Origin: Phoronis australis
Lineage: Eukaryota > Animalia > Phoronida
NCBI GenBank assembly: GCA_002633005.1
Contig: NMRA01000020.1
Coordinates: 1,335,650 to 1,399,649 of the forward strand
Direction of reading: 5' to 3'
Length of the DNA: 64,000 nucleotides
Positions 22,826 through 35,741 of this stretch are shown one piece after another. A model generated the notes under the pieces. The model was not told where the DNA came from. It did no database searches and saw only the letters and a list, made by a program, of their open reading frames with translations. The translations under genes were made by a program, and so were the position numbers. How positions within the stretch are numbered: the stretch's first letter is position 1; each line of letters starts with the position of its first letter.

Positions 22826-25554
22826 TGGTGTACAATACTGCTCTTCGTCTCGGGGGCTTTGACCCAACTCTGGTATACTGATCGGTAGGGTGTCCTGTAT
22901 CCCTGCCAAAGGATGCCTTTCCGATCTACGTCCCTATAAAATAATTCACTTTGAGATTTGGAAACTCTTCTAAACATGCTTTTTCGCAAATCCCAGTTTT
23001 TTAATAGTATCTACATCTTTCAAACTCTCAGTCGAGTGCAAAAGATTATGGCACCTGCTCTTTTGCTGTTTCTGGTGGTAAAAATTCCAGGTGTTCTATT
23101 ATCCCTACAAAAGAGCTAATTTTTAAACCCTTAAAAAGGATGGTATGTTGCGGGAATAAAACCTTAACTTATTGACAAAACTGTACCTTTTTCGATGTCT
23201 CTTTTTTCGAGTGACCTCCAGTTGCACCTCATCCTGTTAAAACATGATCGAGTACCCCCCCCGAAAGAGATCATAGGTTAAATATACTTTTAACTATCAA
23301 GATTAAAATCTGAGCAAACTACTGAGCTCATTTTACGACTGTATACGCCTCTTTGTATGACAACCGCACAGTTAGATGATTTGCCCTTAATTGTAAGTCA
23401 GCCATATTTGTCACCAGGAAAGTATTCTTCGTAACTGTGTTTTAGGACATATTTTCCATTTATTAAGCCCCATTTTCAGAATGTAAGCCCCGTATTATAT
23501 ACATGGGTTACTACAAAGGTAAAAAATGCCATTTTCCGAATACACGCCAAGCTGGCTTACTATCGGAACATCCCCGCCGGCACTCAATATTAAATGCCAA
23601 TCATCTTTACGCCGGCACAAAAAGGATTTCCAGCCTTCAGGTTTGAGAAATTATATGCTGAAGTCTCTATAGACCTGATTGTTCCACCTTCTAAACAAAA
23701 ATCTTACGGATTACCACCAAGTTGTTTTAACAACTTACAATCTGTGTGATTCTCCCTCGAACAATATTAAGATACGTGTACCCTCAATATCACGGACCAA
23801 AAATATTCACAACTATTACCACTTACCATGCGCGAATGTACAGCAATGCCGTTTTCGTGTAACACCTTATGTTGCATGCTTCATGCTTACTGAAAATTTT
23901 CACGGTAGCATAGTTCGTATAAACGTTAAATATTTACAAAATGCACATTCTTGTTTTTAGTTACTTTACTTGGGTAGCACCATGGACATCACATTATTAT
24001 GATGTGTATGGGTAGCACGTTTTCTGTGATGCAACATCCGTTGAACACTCGGCAGTTTTCGTAAGTAAAGTGTCGTGCGTTAACGGATTTTGCGTCTTGT
24101 TTTTAGATTTTGGTTTCAACTAACAGTGTTATAGTAATTTGGTACAATGTATACTCTTGTTTTTTAGACGCAGATTTCATTTAATTTTGCTGCAACAGTA
24201 AATAGCACTTGTGATAAAGCCCTCTTGTTGTACTATCGACCTTAAATAAACTGTTATCCACCCATCTATCCATCCATCCGTCCATCCATCCACCCACTCG
24301 CGGCCCCCCATCGACACCAGTTTCAACTTCCCCGTGGTCCCAAAGCCAGGTTCCTCCCTATCACCACCATGTCAGACGCTAATTTCGCACTTCGCTGTTT
24401 GGGGAGCAATCCCTGTGGAGGCTGACATCGGTAACTTGGGTAGGCCTGCTTATACTTAACAAAATATCGTGAGAAATGTGCACATTTTAGACCTGAGCAA
24501 TTTACGATACTGCGAATTTAAGGTCTGATTTTAATCCATATGATTGTATTTTTTTACGAATTTCACTTCATTTGGATGCCAAAAAGGTATATAATCCTAC
24601 TTAAAAATCATTTGGGGGTATGCAAGTGAGGTAAGAAATCTCTACTAAGGGTTACGAAATCCGGAGAAATATAGGGAGAAACAGCACCACCTCGGAATGG
24701 GTAGCTGGAACATCGGATCGGAAACTTCTGTTATAGTTTCGGGTTTATCCCAGACTGATTGTGAGGCCTAACGTCAAGAGGAGGCACAGAACAGTTCTCA
24801 CTGGGTTTTGCCCAGCAAAACACACATTACTTGATTTGTCACCTTTTCTTCACTCTGTAAAAAACAGGATGCAAAGAATGGCATGTTTTCAATTATTTCA
24901 CATAAAAAGCCCTGCAGATGAGCACAGAAACTTTATTCTCTCTTGTATTTTTGACCATTTCATTCCCACTGAAAACCAAGCTAGACTAAGAAAAATAAGG
25001 GCAAAAAATGCAAAATCGGCACTTTTCACCCAAAAAAACACCACTTCCCTGCCGATGCACGACTAAAGCCAACATTAGAGTCTGAAAGCAAATTTCCTAC
25101 CGATTCCGAAATTGTGGTTCAAAAGTACTGTCAACCAACTAGTTTTTTGGCAATTCTTGCTTGTTTGAGGGGTACCTTAAATCACAGCCAATTTCGCAGT
25201 CGCTACCCAACAATGCTCAATTGTAGCCGGAGGCCGCCATCTTGAAGAAGAGTGCAGCTACAGCCAATAAAGTGGCCTTTTTATTCACAGCATGTTCACA
25301 AATACAAACAAATCACATTCACTGAGCCTACGTGCAATGCCCACCTACAAAATGCCCCCAAACTTGCAATTTGCACTGCCAAAATTTCAATATTTTGGCA
25401 ATGCAAATTGGCCGCGGCCGCAGCCTAACTATTCAGTGCCACCTTTACTTGATTAGAGTCCAGTTCTGGGGAAGTTCACTTATATTAGTGCCATGCGTAT
25501 AATGGGTACACTTTATGGTGAGGTTCCGGGCGCCGGGGTTTCCTGGGTCGCAGC

Positions 25555-25567
25555 CCGCCAGGGGGCG
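25555..25567 (+). promoter_or_regulatory. CTCF-consensus site
   Basis: CCGCCAGGGGGCG in a short GC/CpG-rich patch; motif match only. Confidence 0.4.
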
Positions 25568-27639
25568 TCTTTTACAATTCCTTGTTGAAAACGATTGCCC
25601 GAGTTTCTAGTCATTTCTGACCTCTGGGGCGGACAAATGATTTTGAACTGTCCGAATTTCAGCATTGTGCGTCGAGTTCACCGAAACACCAATTTCTTTG
25701 TTAAGGGCTATTTCAGATTGGCAAAAATCCACCCAGTGCACTTAAATGCTTATAGTAGGCCCCCAGCCGAATTTCAGACAGCATGAAAGTTCACTGAAAC
25801 GACATCACGTTCTTCCAAGATCTTTACCTTATAACAGTAATACAGGAACGTGTGTATCAGAACCCTTGTAGGTTATCAAAAGAAAAGAAAATAGATATCG
25901 GTCCATCACATTGCAATACAACATACGGTCCATCACATTGCATTACAACATCAAAACTAAATGCACACACAACGAGTTCTATGTCGGTTGTTAAATTGCA
26001 AGGGTTTTTTTCAAATCCGTATTTCATAAAATAGAATTTTTGGGTGATTCTTGAAGGGATTGGCACAGACACATGAAGTTGACGAATAACGGGGAGAGAA
26101 CGAGAGACGGAACATCCCTGAGGGCTTTTATGCAAAAACTTTTCAGAAACTAATTACTCGTGTTGACGAGAAATTTGCTTCATTAAGTCAAATTTGGACT
26201 CCAAAATCATAGACAAATTTGTTTACAACTGCCAGTGCGTGTATTTTGAGCCCCTTGAGCATCTTGAGACATTATCGGTTATACCACGGGTGAAAAACGG
26301 CATTTTGGGAACTGGGACAAACAACAAAATCCATTATGTTTTCCTGTCTTTATTACAAATCGCCACTTCTCGTCGTTGTCCGGTCTGCCAGACATTGTTT
26401 ACAATCAACTGAAGCGCTATTATAAAGCCTTGTTTTTTGTTATAAAAAGTTTTGATTCAGGCCATTCACCGTTATAAAATTGGTGTTTTCTTGTTCCTTG
26501 CACGGTTTAGAAGTGATCTCTGTGCTCGAGAAGAACTGGCAGTTCACTATTTCTTCACATCAACTTCATGAATTTCGTCATCGTTATCTGAAAATTTTTG
26601 AGTTTGACCTGAAGAAATAACAAATTGCCAGTTCTTGCCAAACTCATGAAACTTTCTAATCTCCAAACGGAACAAGCTGAAGCAAGTGGCCTAAACAAAA
26701 ACTTATTTGGTAAAAATCTGATTGCAGGCTGTCTGATAAATGTTGTACCAGACATGCGCAGGCCGGGCATGTGGGCCCATTGCACTGATTACCTAGAACC
26801 ATTTTATTCTTTACTAATATATACTCGTAGTTAAAACCGAGCTGAGGAGCTAGAATCCTGACTCAAGAGTCTAGGAGTGGGACTCAATTTAAACCAACGA
26901 CTTCGAGTAAAGAAAGGGGGCACATTTGACCACGCTGCCCCCCCGTCCTCTAACACAGAAAGACCCAGAACACGCTAAAACACTGCCATTTATAGAACGG
27001 GACTTAGCTCCACCAACAGAGTGTTAGCTCGCGACCGCAGGGTTGCAGGTTCCACTCCAGGGGTCACATTTTCTCTCCGATCATGGAGACGTACATGCAG
27101 GCCTAAAGTGCACTGTCAACTGACGGTGGACTTTCGGACCGGTCTTTCGGATTACGGCCGACTCATGTCATTTTGCTATTATAAAATGTAGAAATCCATA
27201 ATTTAATGAATCTGCATCATAATCTACAATTCAGGTAAATTCTCAAATTCAGGATTTCGTGGGGAAACTTCACACGACCTCTCGCCCGAGTACTGAGGCG
27301 CTGGAATAGTGTTGACTTTAACTAAGCCATAATAGTAAAGTGGTAGGTCCTAGCTACTGAACGCACGCTTGGCGTGCGCGTTACGCTAGGACCTAGGCCA
27401 GGACCGTATCTAGCCAAAGTCACGTGTTTTCATTTAAAATACACGGCCATATCTCACGTATAATTTCTAGCTTTTTAGCGAGGACCTAGTAGCGTTACTG
27501 AACGGGAGGCTGCCGGGTCCGTTGTCGCTCTTCCAATGACACAGCTTTTCATGGGCGGCGCACCATAGGCCGCGGGCTGGGTCGCCCATGTTTTTCCACA
27601 CATCGATCGCTCGGACTCATCAGGCAATTTTACCGTAGT

Positions 27640-27885
27640 TTTAGTCACTCACACTGCCTGTTTCGTTTTCGTGTCTGGTTGTGACGCATACCGTAAATTA
27701 TGTTGTGACCTGTTTCTAGTCGGCTTCGTAACTGCACCGTATGAAAGCGTATGCGAGTAAACTTCGTGACATTTGTGATACGTATTTCGTTATAGTGTCG
27801 GCTGAGAGAGGGATTAAATGCACTCAATTCGAAAACAGTGAGTAGGCCAAGTTTGCGAGTAGCAGTTTAGAGACAAGACGTAAGT
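27640..27885 (+). promoter_or_regulatory. Candidate TSS / non-coding first exon of a plus-strand gene
   Basis: CpG-rich segment ending in donor-like GTGAGT (27838) and GTAAGT (27880), just before the switch to CpG-poor DNA. Confidence 0.35.
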
Positions 27886-30030
27886 AATACTGACGACCTA
27901 AAACATGAAACAATATAGGCTGAGAACACCTTGCGACAACTCTTCGTCGGTTGTGTTTCTTAATTCTAAAAAATACGCTAAGGCCTTTTTGACTATAGGC
28001 CTGTGGGCCAGTCCCGGACCTGCAGTCTCGGCAGGTCCGTGTACTCCCATATTAATAATGTTATCACTAGCGGATCTCGGATGTTGCACGAGCTGGGGTC
28101 CCTCCCACAGTTTTCAATAACGTCCACACGGCCAGCGAATACGCTTTTTGGTCCGCAAGTTGTGGTGGGTGGGGGCCACTTGGAGAGCTCTTTCAGATCT
28201 CTGGATTTTTTAATACTCACTGTCGATCAATTTTAAATTTACTTGAATATGTTGAATATGATATTTACTGAAAGTGTTTTTTTACCAATTCACACATATT
28301 GATCAAGGGAACAACCAAATTTGAACTTGTCAACAACAGATTTTTTTCTGATCAAATGTTATTTATAAGATCGACGTATGCCTATTTTTCAGTTTGAACT
28401 AGAGTGACGTGTATCCTCTTGTATCATGTAGGCTCAAGTTGAACCCCAGAAATGACGAGCTGTATTTCTCAGATTTACCTTCGTGAGCCTCAAACAATAA
28501 ATATTACCACCGGCCATATTGAAGCTATTTTTAGCACAGATTGACGACATTTGTCACGTGACCTCGTAATGGTGCATACTGAGGATACTGCAGTCGTCTT
28601 ATTCATGCCGTTGTTTTTCTTTGCAAATTGTATGGTTTCATCGTTACATAGTCTTAGAGTTTGAGACACAGCTTTCTAGGTGAGTATGTCTTCCCGCAGG
28701 GACTGAAAATTTGAGTTTTCAGCTATTTTTATATATTATTATTTAACAATGTTTCATCGGAAATGCCACTCAAAATAGTTCAAGGTAATGCTGGACCATG
28801 GCCATGGGTTGGACTTGGCCTGAGATGAAGGAATATGGCTGGCGATATACTTTATTATCTTGAAGAACAGGAACTGTCTTTTTCGAAGACGTCCATGTAC
28901 TGCATGGCAGTTGGTACTGTACATTTGTGCATACTGTTTAGAAATGAAATTTCCCTGTTGAACAGTTTTTACTAGTTTGCTGTTGAGTTCCCCGTCTGGT
29001 CAATACTCCCCGATAGCTACACTAGTCTTAAGCTAGGCCTACCTCATAAACAAGTATTTGTAGACATTGGGCTATAGGTGTAAACCTCGAGAAACACAAT
29101 TTGGCCTACATTTTGCAAATCAAACCATTTTCCTTTGTATTTGCTTTGCCCAACGAAACAAAAGATCAGGCATGTACTTTTCACTACAGCCCGTACACTT
29201 GTGTAATAAAACGGATGACTGAGTTAGCATAATGCATTTGCAATCTTAAAGACAATCCTGCATTTTCCAAAAACTATGTGCACGAGATTTGGCTGTGGAA
29301 ACCTGTTGAGTGCCTTTAGCTAAGTCCAGATGATCTATTTTGCTACTAGTGCAAGTTCTCTCAGGTGCATCTTGTTCTAGTTTAACTGACCATGTAGACT
29401 TATACAATTTGCACGAGTGTGGCAAATTACCACACCTCTAGAAGGTAGCGCAGCTTGCGCCCGATTGACTTGCCCCACATCAAATGCCCGTGTGGACAGC
29501 AGAGTGGAAAAGGCAGAAGTAATTAGCTCTATGCGCTTGCACAGTTGAGTTTATCCGAGTGATGAATCTCTATTTTTCGCGCCATTTGTAAACCTAACTC
29601 CGAATTTCTTTTTCTTTTTCGTTTTGATTACTAATTTTCAATAAAGAATAATGGAAAACTTTAAGAAACAATCCTAAATGGACAGTTTGCAGCAGTGTCG
29701 TCAGTACTACTAAACTTAGAGTGATACCGCAGCTGATCGGTGTGGTGTCAAGGTGCATGCATAGAATAATGTTTTAAAGTAGATCGCCTGTTATGGAGTT
29801 TTGATGGTATCATTGAACAACTTTTGATGGTCATATGAATAGAGCAGAGGATCCTTAGTTTATAATGCAGGTATATTTTGTAACAACTGGGTTAAGGTAG
29901 AAAATTGCAATTTCCTTTGAAAACCTTTGATTGACAAAACTGTTAAGCAAGGACCAGCATGTGCGGGAACAACTTTCTGCTGACTGTCCAACCCAGACGT
30001 CAATTTTTCAGTTAGGCAATAGGCCTACAT

Positions 30031-30192
30031 AGTGGCGGATTTAGAGGGGAGCCAAGGGGCTACGCTGCCCCCCCCTAAAATTCTCCCAGATTCCTTTTAG
30101 CAGTTCGGGAGTGCGAATATCTGACGGGAAAAATCCTGGCTAATACTCTGCCCTGCCCCCCATCCCAGTTCAAAATCCTAGATCCGCCCCTG
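30031..30192. mobile_element. Short hAT-like MITE
   Basis: TAGTGGCGGATTTAG ... CTAGATCCGCCCCTG inverted ends; similar left end CAGTGGCGGATCTAG at 12838. Confidence 0.6.
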
Positions 30193-31564
30193 ATACATGA
30201 CCCATGTAATGGTTGTGGTAGAGGGGCTATTGCATTGCACTCCTCACTGCGTGCTGTCCAACATGTCAATGCAATTTTTTCACCAAAGCCAAATTTTCTA
30301 ACCTGTTAATTGGAGTCATTTTGGTACTTCAATTTTTTAGTGAGAAGGCTGCCCCTACATTCAACGTATTTATGAAAAATATGTTAGGTCTTATTTCTAA
30401 ACTAGAAAATATTTTGGCAACTGCTATGCAGGTTTATGGTTGCTTTAAATAAAATGTTGCTTTCTGATTAAGAGAACTTTGAATCATGGAAGCTTCACTG
30501 AAACTTCACTTTCCCACTAGACAGCGATATCGAAGTTATCACTATATGGCGATTCAGTCACTGGAGTAAACACCAGACGGTTGGCCCTCTGGCTCTCACT
30601 TTGGCTTTGAGACAATTGACATCGATATAGGCAATAATACACTAACATAAGAATGACGAAGTAACGTCATAGATTAAAGTTTTCATAGATTAAAGTTTGT
30701 GTATGATTTGAATCGCTGTAAGCTAACTCTTCCAGTAACAGAAAACACATTTTGCGGGATGTTTCTTTGAGTCTCGTGTGATCGTAGTTGCTGCGACTTC
30801 TGCCGATAACTTCGCCTAAACTTCAAGTTGAGCTTTCCCATTAATAATAATAATAATAAACTTTATTTAAAGAGGATAAAAATACAATAAATGTAAAACA
30901 TGCTTTAGCCAAAGGCTAATATCCAGCATGGTCCTCCCATTACACCAAATCTCTGTGAGTACTGAAGCTTTGCTTTTAAATCCTACTTTTTCAGCGAAGT
31001 TTCGCTTGCAATTTAGCTATGGGAGTTCTTCTTTCCCGCTGAACCAAAACTTTGCTAAAAACGAGGCTTTGTCTCTAATAGGAAGCCACTGAAAGATGAT
31101 GGCTATCTGCTGTGGAGAAAGGCACCCCTACAGGTTCCCAGTGGTTGGAAGGTGCCCAACTTACCGTTTCTGTGCCAACAATGATTGGTAGCATGTTTGA
31201 CTATTCTGGAAGTCTCGGAACTATTTGGTCAACAGATAATGGAAGGAGACTTAGATGACGTCGGGTTGGTGCTTCATCTTCCAAAGGTTGTTCAAAGTGA
31301 TCGGGAGTTTTATTGTTTTTGACCCTTACATGAAGTTAGAGGTCATCATTTCAGGGCTGGATAAAGTAATTTCTCAGTCATCTGCACCCCTGTCACTGCC
31401 TTAAACTCAGATAAGGTATATTTTCTGTTGTGCCCTCTGTGGTTGCATAATGCTGTCATCTCTATATTGCTGTATCTCCTTAACCCTTTGCGGGATCTTT
31501 AATGAGATTTGACAGATGTGTTCCTATGAAGCTGACAACAGATGGCGATGTGTTTCGGACCCAT

Positions 31565-32136
31565 CTGATTACTTCTGTGCCACCTAGTGGCAATGTTAGG
31601 TTTTTACACTTTTCTTTGTGTCTTATGAGTGCCTGCCATGGTGGATTTTCATTGCATTCAGGAAATAGGTTTCTGTTAGGAAGAAGATGCCTTTCCATTT
31701 TTGGACGGATCTGACATATTGTGCACTACCTAGTGACCATTTTAGTTATTTTCGAATCCATTTTTGTCGTCCCTCTTTCTGTCCAACAAACTCCCTGAAG
31801 GATCATTATTAGAATTGGCAGATTTGTTCATGCCTAGACGGACGACCCTGATTACTTCTGTGCCACCTAGTGGCAATGTTAGGTTTTTACATTTTTCTTT
31901 GTGTCTTATGAGTGCCTGCCATGGTGGATTTTCATTGCATTCAGGAAATAGGTTTCTGTTAAGAAGATGCCTTTCCATTTTTGGACGGATCTGACATATT
32001 GTGCACTACCTAGTGACCATTTTAGTTATTTTCGAATCCATTTTTGTCGTCCCTCTTTCTGTCCAACAAACTCCCTGAAGGATCATTATTAGAATTGGCA
32101 GATTTGTTCATGCCTAGGCGGACGACCCTGATTACT
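31565..32136 (+). repeat. Recent tandem duplication (periods 283 and 280 bp)
   Basis: CTGATTACT restarts at 31565, 31848 and 32128; the two copies are near-identical. Confidence 0.9.
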
Positions 32137-32689
32137 GTGGCACCTCCTTGTGGAAATTTAATACTTTGAACCTGCAGCTATCTCCTTAACCCCTTGAACG
32201 CTCTTTGTGAAATTTGGCAAGTGTTTTCCTATGAATATGACAACGGGTGACAATTGTCAGAATAATTCAACTTCGGATAACTCTCCCTAGTGGCAATTTT
32301 TTACATTTACCTCTATCTTCAGAATTCATTAAAAGATTTTCATGACATTTGGCAAATAGGCTTCTATAAGGGAAGCCATGTTATATTTCCATTTTTGGAT
32401 GAATTTGACTTGTAGTGTGCCTTTTTGGCATTAGCCTCTATATTCCAAACCACTTTTAGGATCATTAAACAATTGGCTATTTTGTTTCTGTTGAGAAGAC
32501 ATTGGCTGATGTGATTTTCGGACGGGCTGGGACCGATGTGGTGGTAGTTAGTGGCATCTTTTTTGCATCGGCAGCTGTATCTCCTGAATCCTTTGCATGA
32601 TCTTGGTGAAATATGACAAGTGTATTCATGAGTGGCAATAGATTATGACTTCTTTCGAATAGATCCGGTACATCATTGTGGCAATTCTG

Positions 32690-35600
32690 TTTTTTTATGC
32701 CGTCATCTCTGTCCGTCCGGCCGGCCGGCCGGCTGGCGTCCGCTGCTCTATCTCTAAAACACCTTGACGTATCTTCATGAAATTTTGCACATGTGTTCCT
32801 ACTATGGATGGGACGGCATAAGCGAACTTTCGGATGGATCCGACTCCCAGTGTGTCCCCCTAGTGGCAATTTTAGTTTTTTACGTTTACCTTCAAAAGTC
32901 CTGATCGGATTTTCATAAAATTTGGTTTATTATGCACCTATTAGTAAGATGGCGCTGCCCTCCCGTTTTTGGATGGATTCAATGTAGTTTGCGCTACCTA
33001 GTGGCCATTTTTACTGTTTTTTTGCGTCAACCAAACCACTCAAAGGATGATTGTGAAAATTGACACGTATGTTCTGACTATGAAGTGGACGGCTGACGAT
33101 GATTTTCCGACCATTTTGACTACTGTAGCGCCTCCTAGTGGCAGTTTTTTTGTGCCTATGGCTGTATCTTCTAAACCGTTGGAAGGATCTTTACTAAATT
33201 TAGTAAGTGCATATGATGTTGGCAACAGACGACAACGACTTTCGGACGGATCTGACTACTGGGCCCGGTCTCCAATCTCTGTACTCAGACTCATACTCAT
33301 ACTCGAGATTTCATACTCAAAATCGTGCTCACTGGAGTCGTACTCAAAAAAGCGTATCTAATGTCGTATTTCGAGTAGACTCCAAACGTACTCATACTCG
33401 AGTTGCTATGGAACTCTTTATGATGTGAAATGCAAAATCACGCAAAGCCGTGCTGATTCATCGCTCCCTATTGGAATAGACCACCCCAAAAACTAGGCCT
33501 ACATTATCGTCTGCTGTCGCTACAACTACAAGAGTATGTCTATAACGTGGAATTCTGAGTGTTCTGTAACTGTTATTCATTTTTTAGTTTCAATAAATAT
33601 TTTTATGTCATTTCTTTGATACATTTGGCAATTATTAAGCTTTACTTCTTGAGTTACTCACCCAGTCCCGCAAATGTCTTAAGAAATATGTAACAGCTTA
33701 TCACATCACATCTCTGTTGCTAATTTAGTCTTGCCATAAAACCCATTGCTGTGTAGGCTTACGCTGATGTCAAACTTTGATACTGCATCTTTGTATTTTA
33801 CCGGGATGTATCAAGTGAGTTGACATTTGGCACGTGAGTTAAAAAAACAATACTTGTGCAGGCATTCAGAGTTCACCAGTGGCAGTGAACGGGATGAGAC
33901 GTCTACTTAGAAATCGGCAAACAAAATCTGGAATTCCATTTGGGGATTGGGGAATTATAGATGACTAAGTTATGATGAGAAATGTATACCTGACAGGGAA
34001 GTGAACTGTTTTTAACTTTCCTCCCCTCCTCGTCATTTGGAAACCCTACAAAACGTAGGCACACATACCGAAATAAGGCAGCACAAACTTCTCACACGAC
34101 TTTTCCCACAACTGCTTTCGACGCTTGTTATGACTCATCGACAAGGGATTACAATGCGCCTGTTGCCAGGAATTGTAAAGGTAGAATGGCCCATAATATA
34201 CGGTGATACGGCGGGTTAATAAGGTAAATAATAAGAAGATTTAAGATGAAAACTATTATCTCTGAACTGAAATTGAAGTGCTGAAATACGGTAAGAGAAC
34301 TTATTTTTTTTAGATTTGTTGTGTTTCTTGGTTCCCTTTCGATATTTTGTTCTCTGGCTCGTATTTATTTTCGAGTACGATTTCAAGCACACTGCCATAC
34401 CAAACTTGAAATTTGAGCATAGGCTCCAAATTTTTACTCAAAATCGTACTCGAAATATAGATGAGATACACTTCAGTTCGAGTACACTCGAAAACTGAGT
34501 ATGTGCTCGAAATTTCGAGTACAGATTTTTCGAGTATGACATTGAATACACCAAAGCTGAGTCTGTACTCGAGTTGAGTATGAAATGTGAGTTTGAGCAT
34601 GATTCGAGTCTGAGTACGGAGATTGGAGACCGGGCCCTGGTGTGCCACCTAGTGGCAATTACATCTTTTTACATTTACCATAGTATGTTCAAAGGTCCTC
34701 AACGTATTTTCATAAAATTTGGCATACAGGCATCTGTTAATGAGGTGTCGCTATCTCTCTGTTTTCAGATGGATTCGACCTAGTTTGCCCCACCTAGCGG
34801 CCACTTTTACTGTTTTCGAGTATGTTTTTTGGCGTCCACTCGTCTATCAACCAAACCGCTTTCAGGATAATTGTGAAAATTGGCATGTATGTTCTACTAT
34901 GAAGTGGATGGCTGACGATGATTTTCTGACGAGTTTGACTACTGTGGCGCCTCCTAGTGGCAGTTTTGTTTTTTGCGCTCATCGCTTTATCTCCTAAACC
35001 GTATGCAGGATCTTTACTTAATTTAACAAGTGTATTTATGTGATGTTGACAACGGACGATGACTTTCGGAGAGATCTAATTTTTGGTGTGCTCCCTAGTG
35101 GCAATTTTAGTTTTTATGTTTACCAGTCGGTATCTTCAAAGGTCCTCAACAGATTTTCATAAAATTTTGAATATAGGCATCTATTGGTGAGATGATGCTA
35201 TCATCCTGTTTTTGGATGGAATCGAGGTATTTTGTGCCACCTGGTGGCCATTTTTGCTGTTTTCAAATCTTGTTTTTGGCGTTCACCCCTCGATCAACCA
35301 AATCATTCTGGGGATGGTTTTGTAAACTATTGGCCTATATGTTTTCAGTGTGAAGAAGACGTTTGATGATGGCGACTGACTACTGTGGTGCCTTCTAGTG
35401 GTAGTTTTGTTTTTTGCCCATAACTGTATCTCCAAAACCCACTGCAGGATCTTTATTAAATTTAGTAAGTGAATTTATGTGAAGATAACAGACGATGGCA
35501 GTCAGGCAGATCAAACGGACGCTGTGCCCAGAAGTGGCAATTTCATTTTGTTCTGTTTTCCTTCGTTTCTCTGAAGTTCCTTGACAGATTTTATGAAATA

Positions 35601-35741
35601 TGACATGATCCGGTTTTTGGATGGAGTGTACGTTTTTGCACCATTTAGTGGCCATTTTTATGATACAAATAAATAACCCTAAAAGCACACCATTTGCGAT
35701 GCATTCGTGGGTGCATTTCAACGCTCCGCGTTGCTCTTGTT
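32690..35741 (+). mobile_element. HINE / DINE-1-like non-autonomous Helentron with internal tandem repeats
   Basis: T-run start, (GTCC/GGCC) microsatellite, ~140-160-bp monomers in an ABC trimer, 3' subterminal repeat GGGTGCAT, hairpin CAACGC-TCC-GCGTTG, then CTCTTGTT; no TSD. Confidence 0.85.
33262..34636. mobile_element. PIF/Harbinger-like MITE inserted in a HINE monomer
   Basis: TIR GGCCCGGTCTCCAATCTCYGTACTCAGACTC; 3-bp TSD CTG (33259-33261, 34637-34639); TACTC/GAGTA subterminal motifs; removal restores the monomer GACTACTGGTGTGCC. Confidence 0.9.

Noticed and set aside
27000-27075. tRNA gene
   Set aside because: Only a degenerate T-arm-like stretch (GCAGGTTCCACTCC); no full cloverleaf; at most a SINE head relic.
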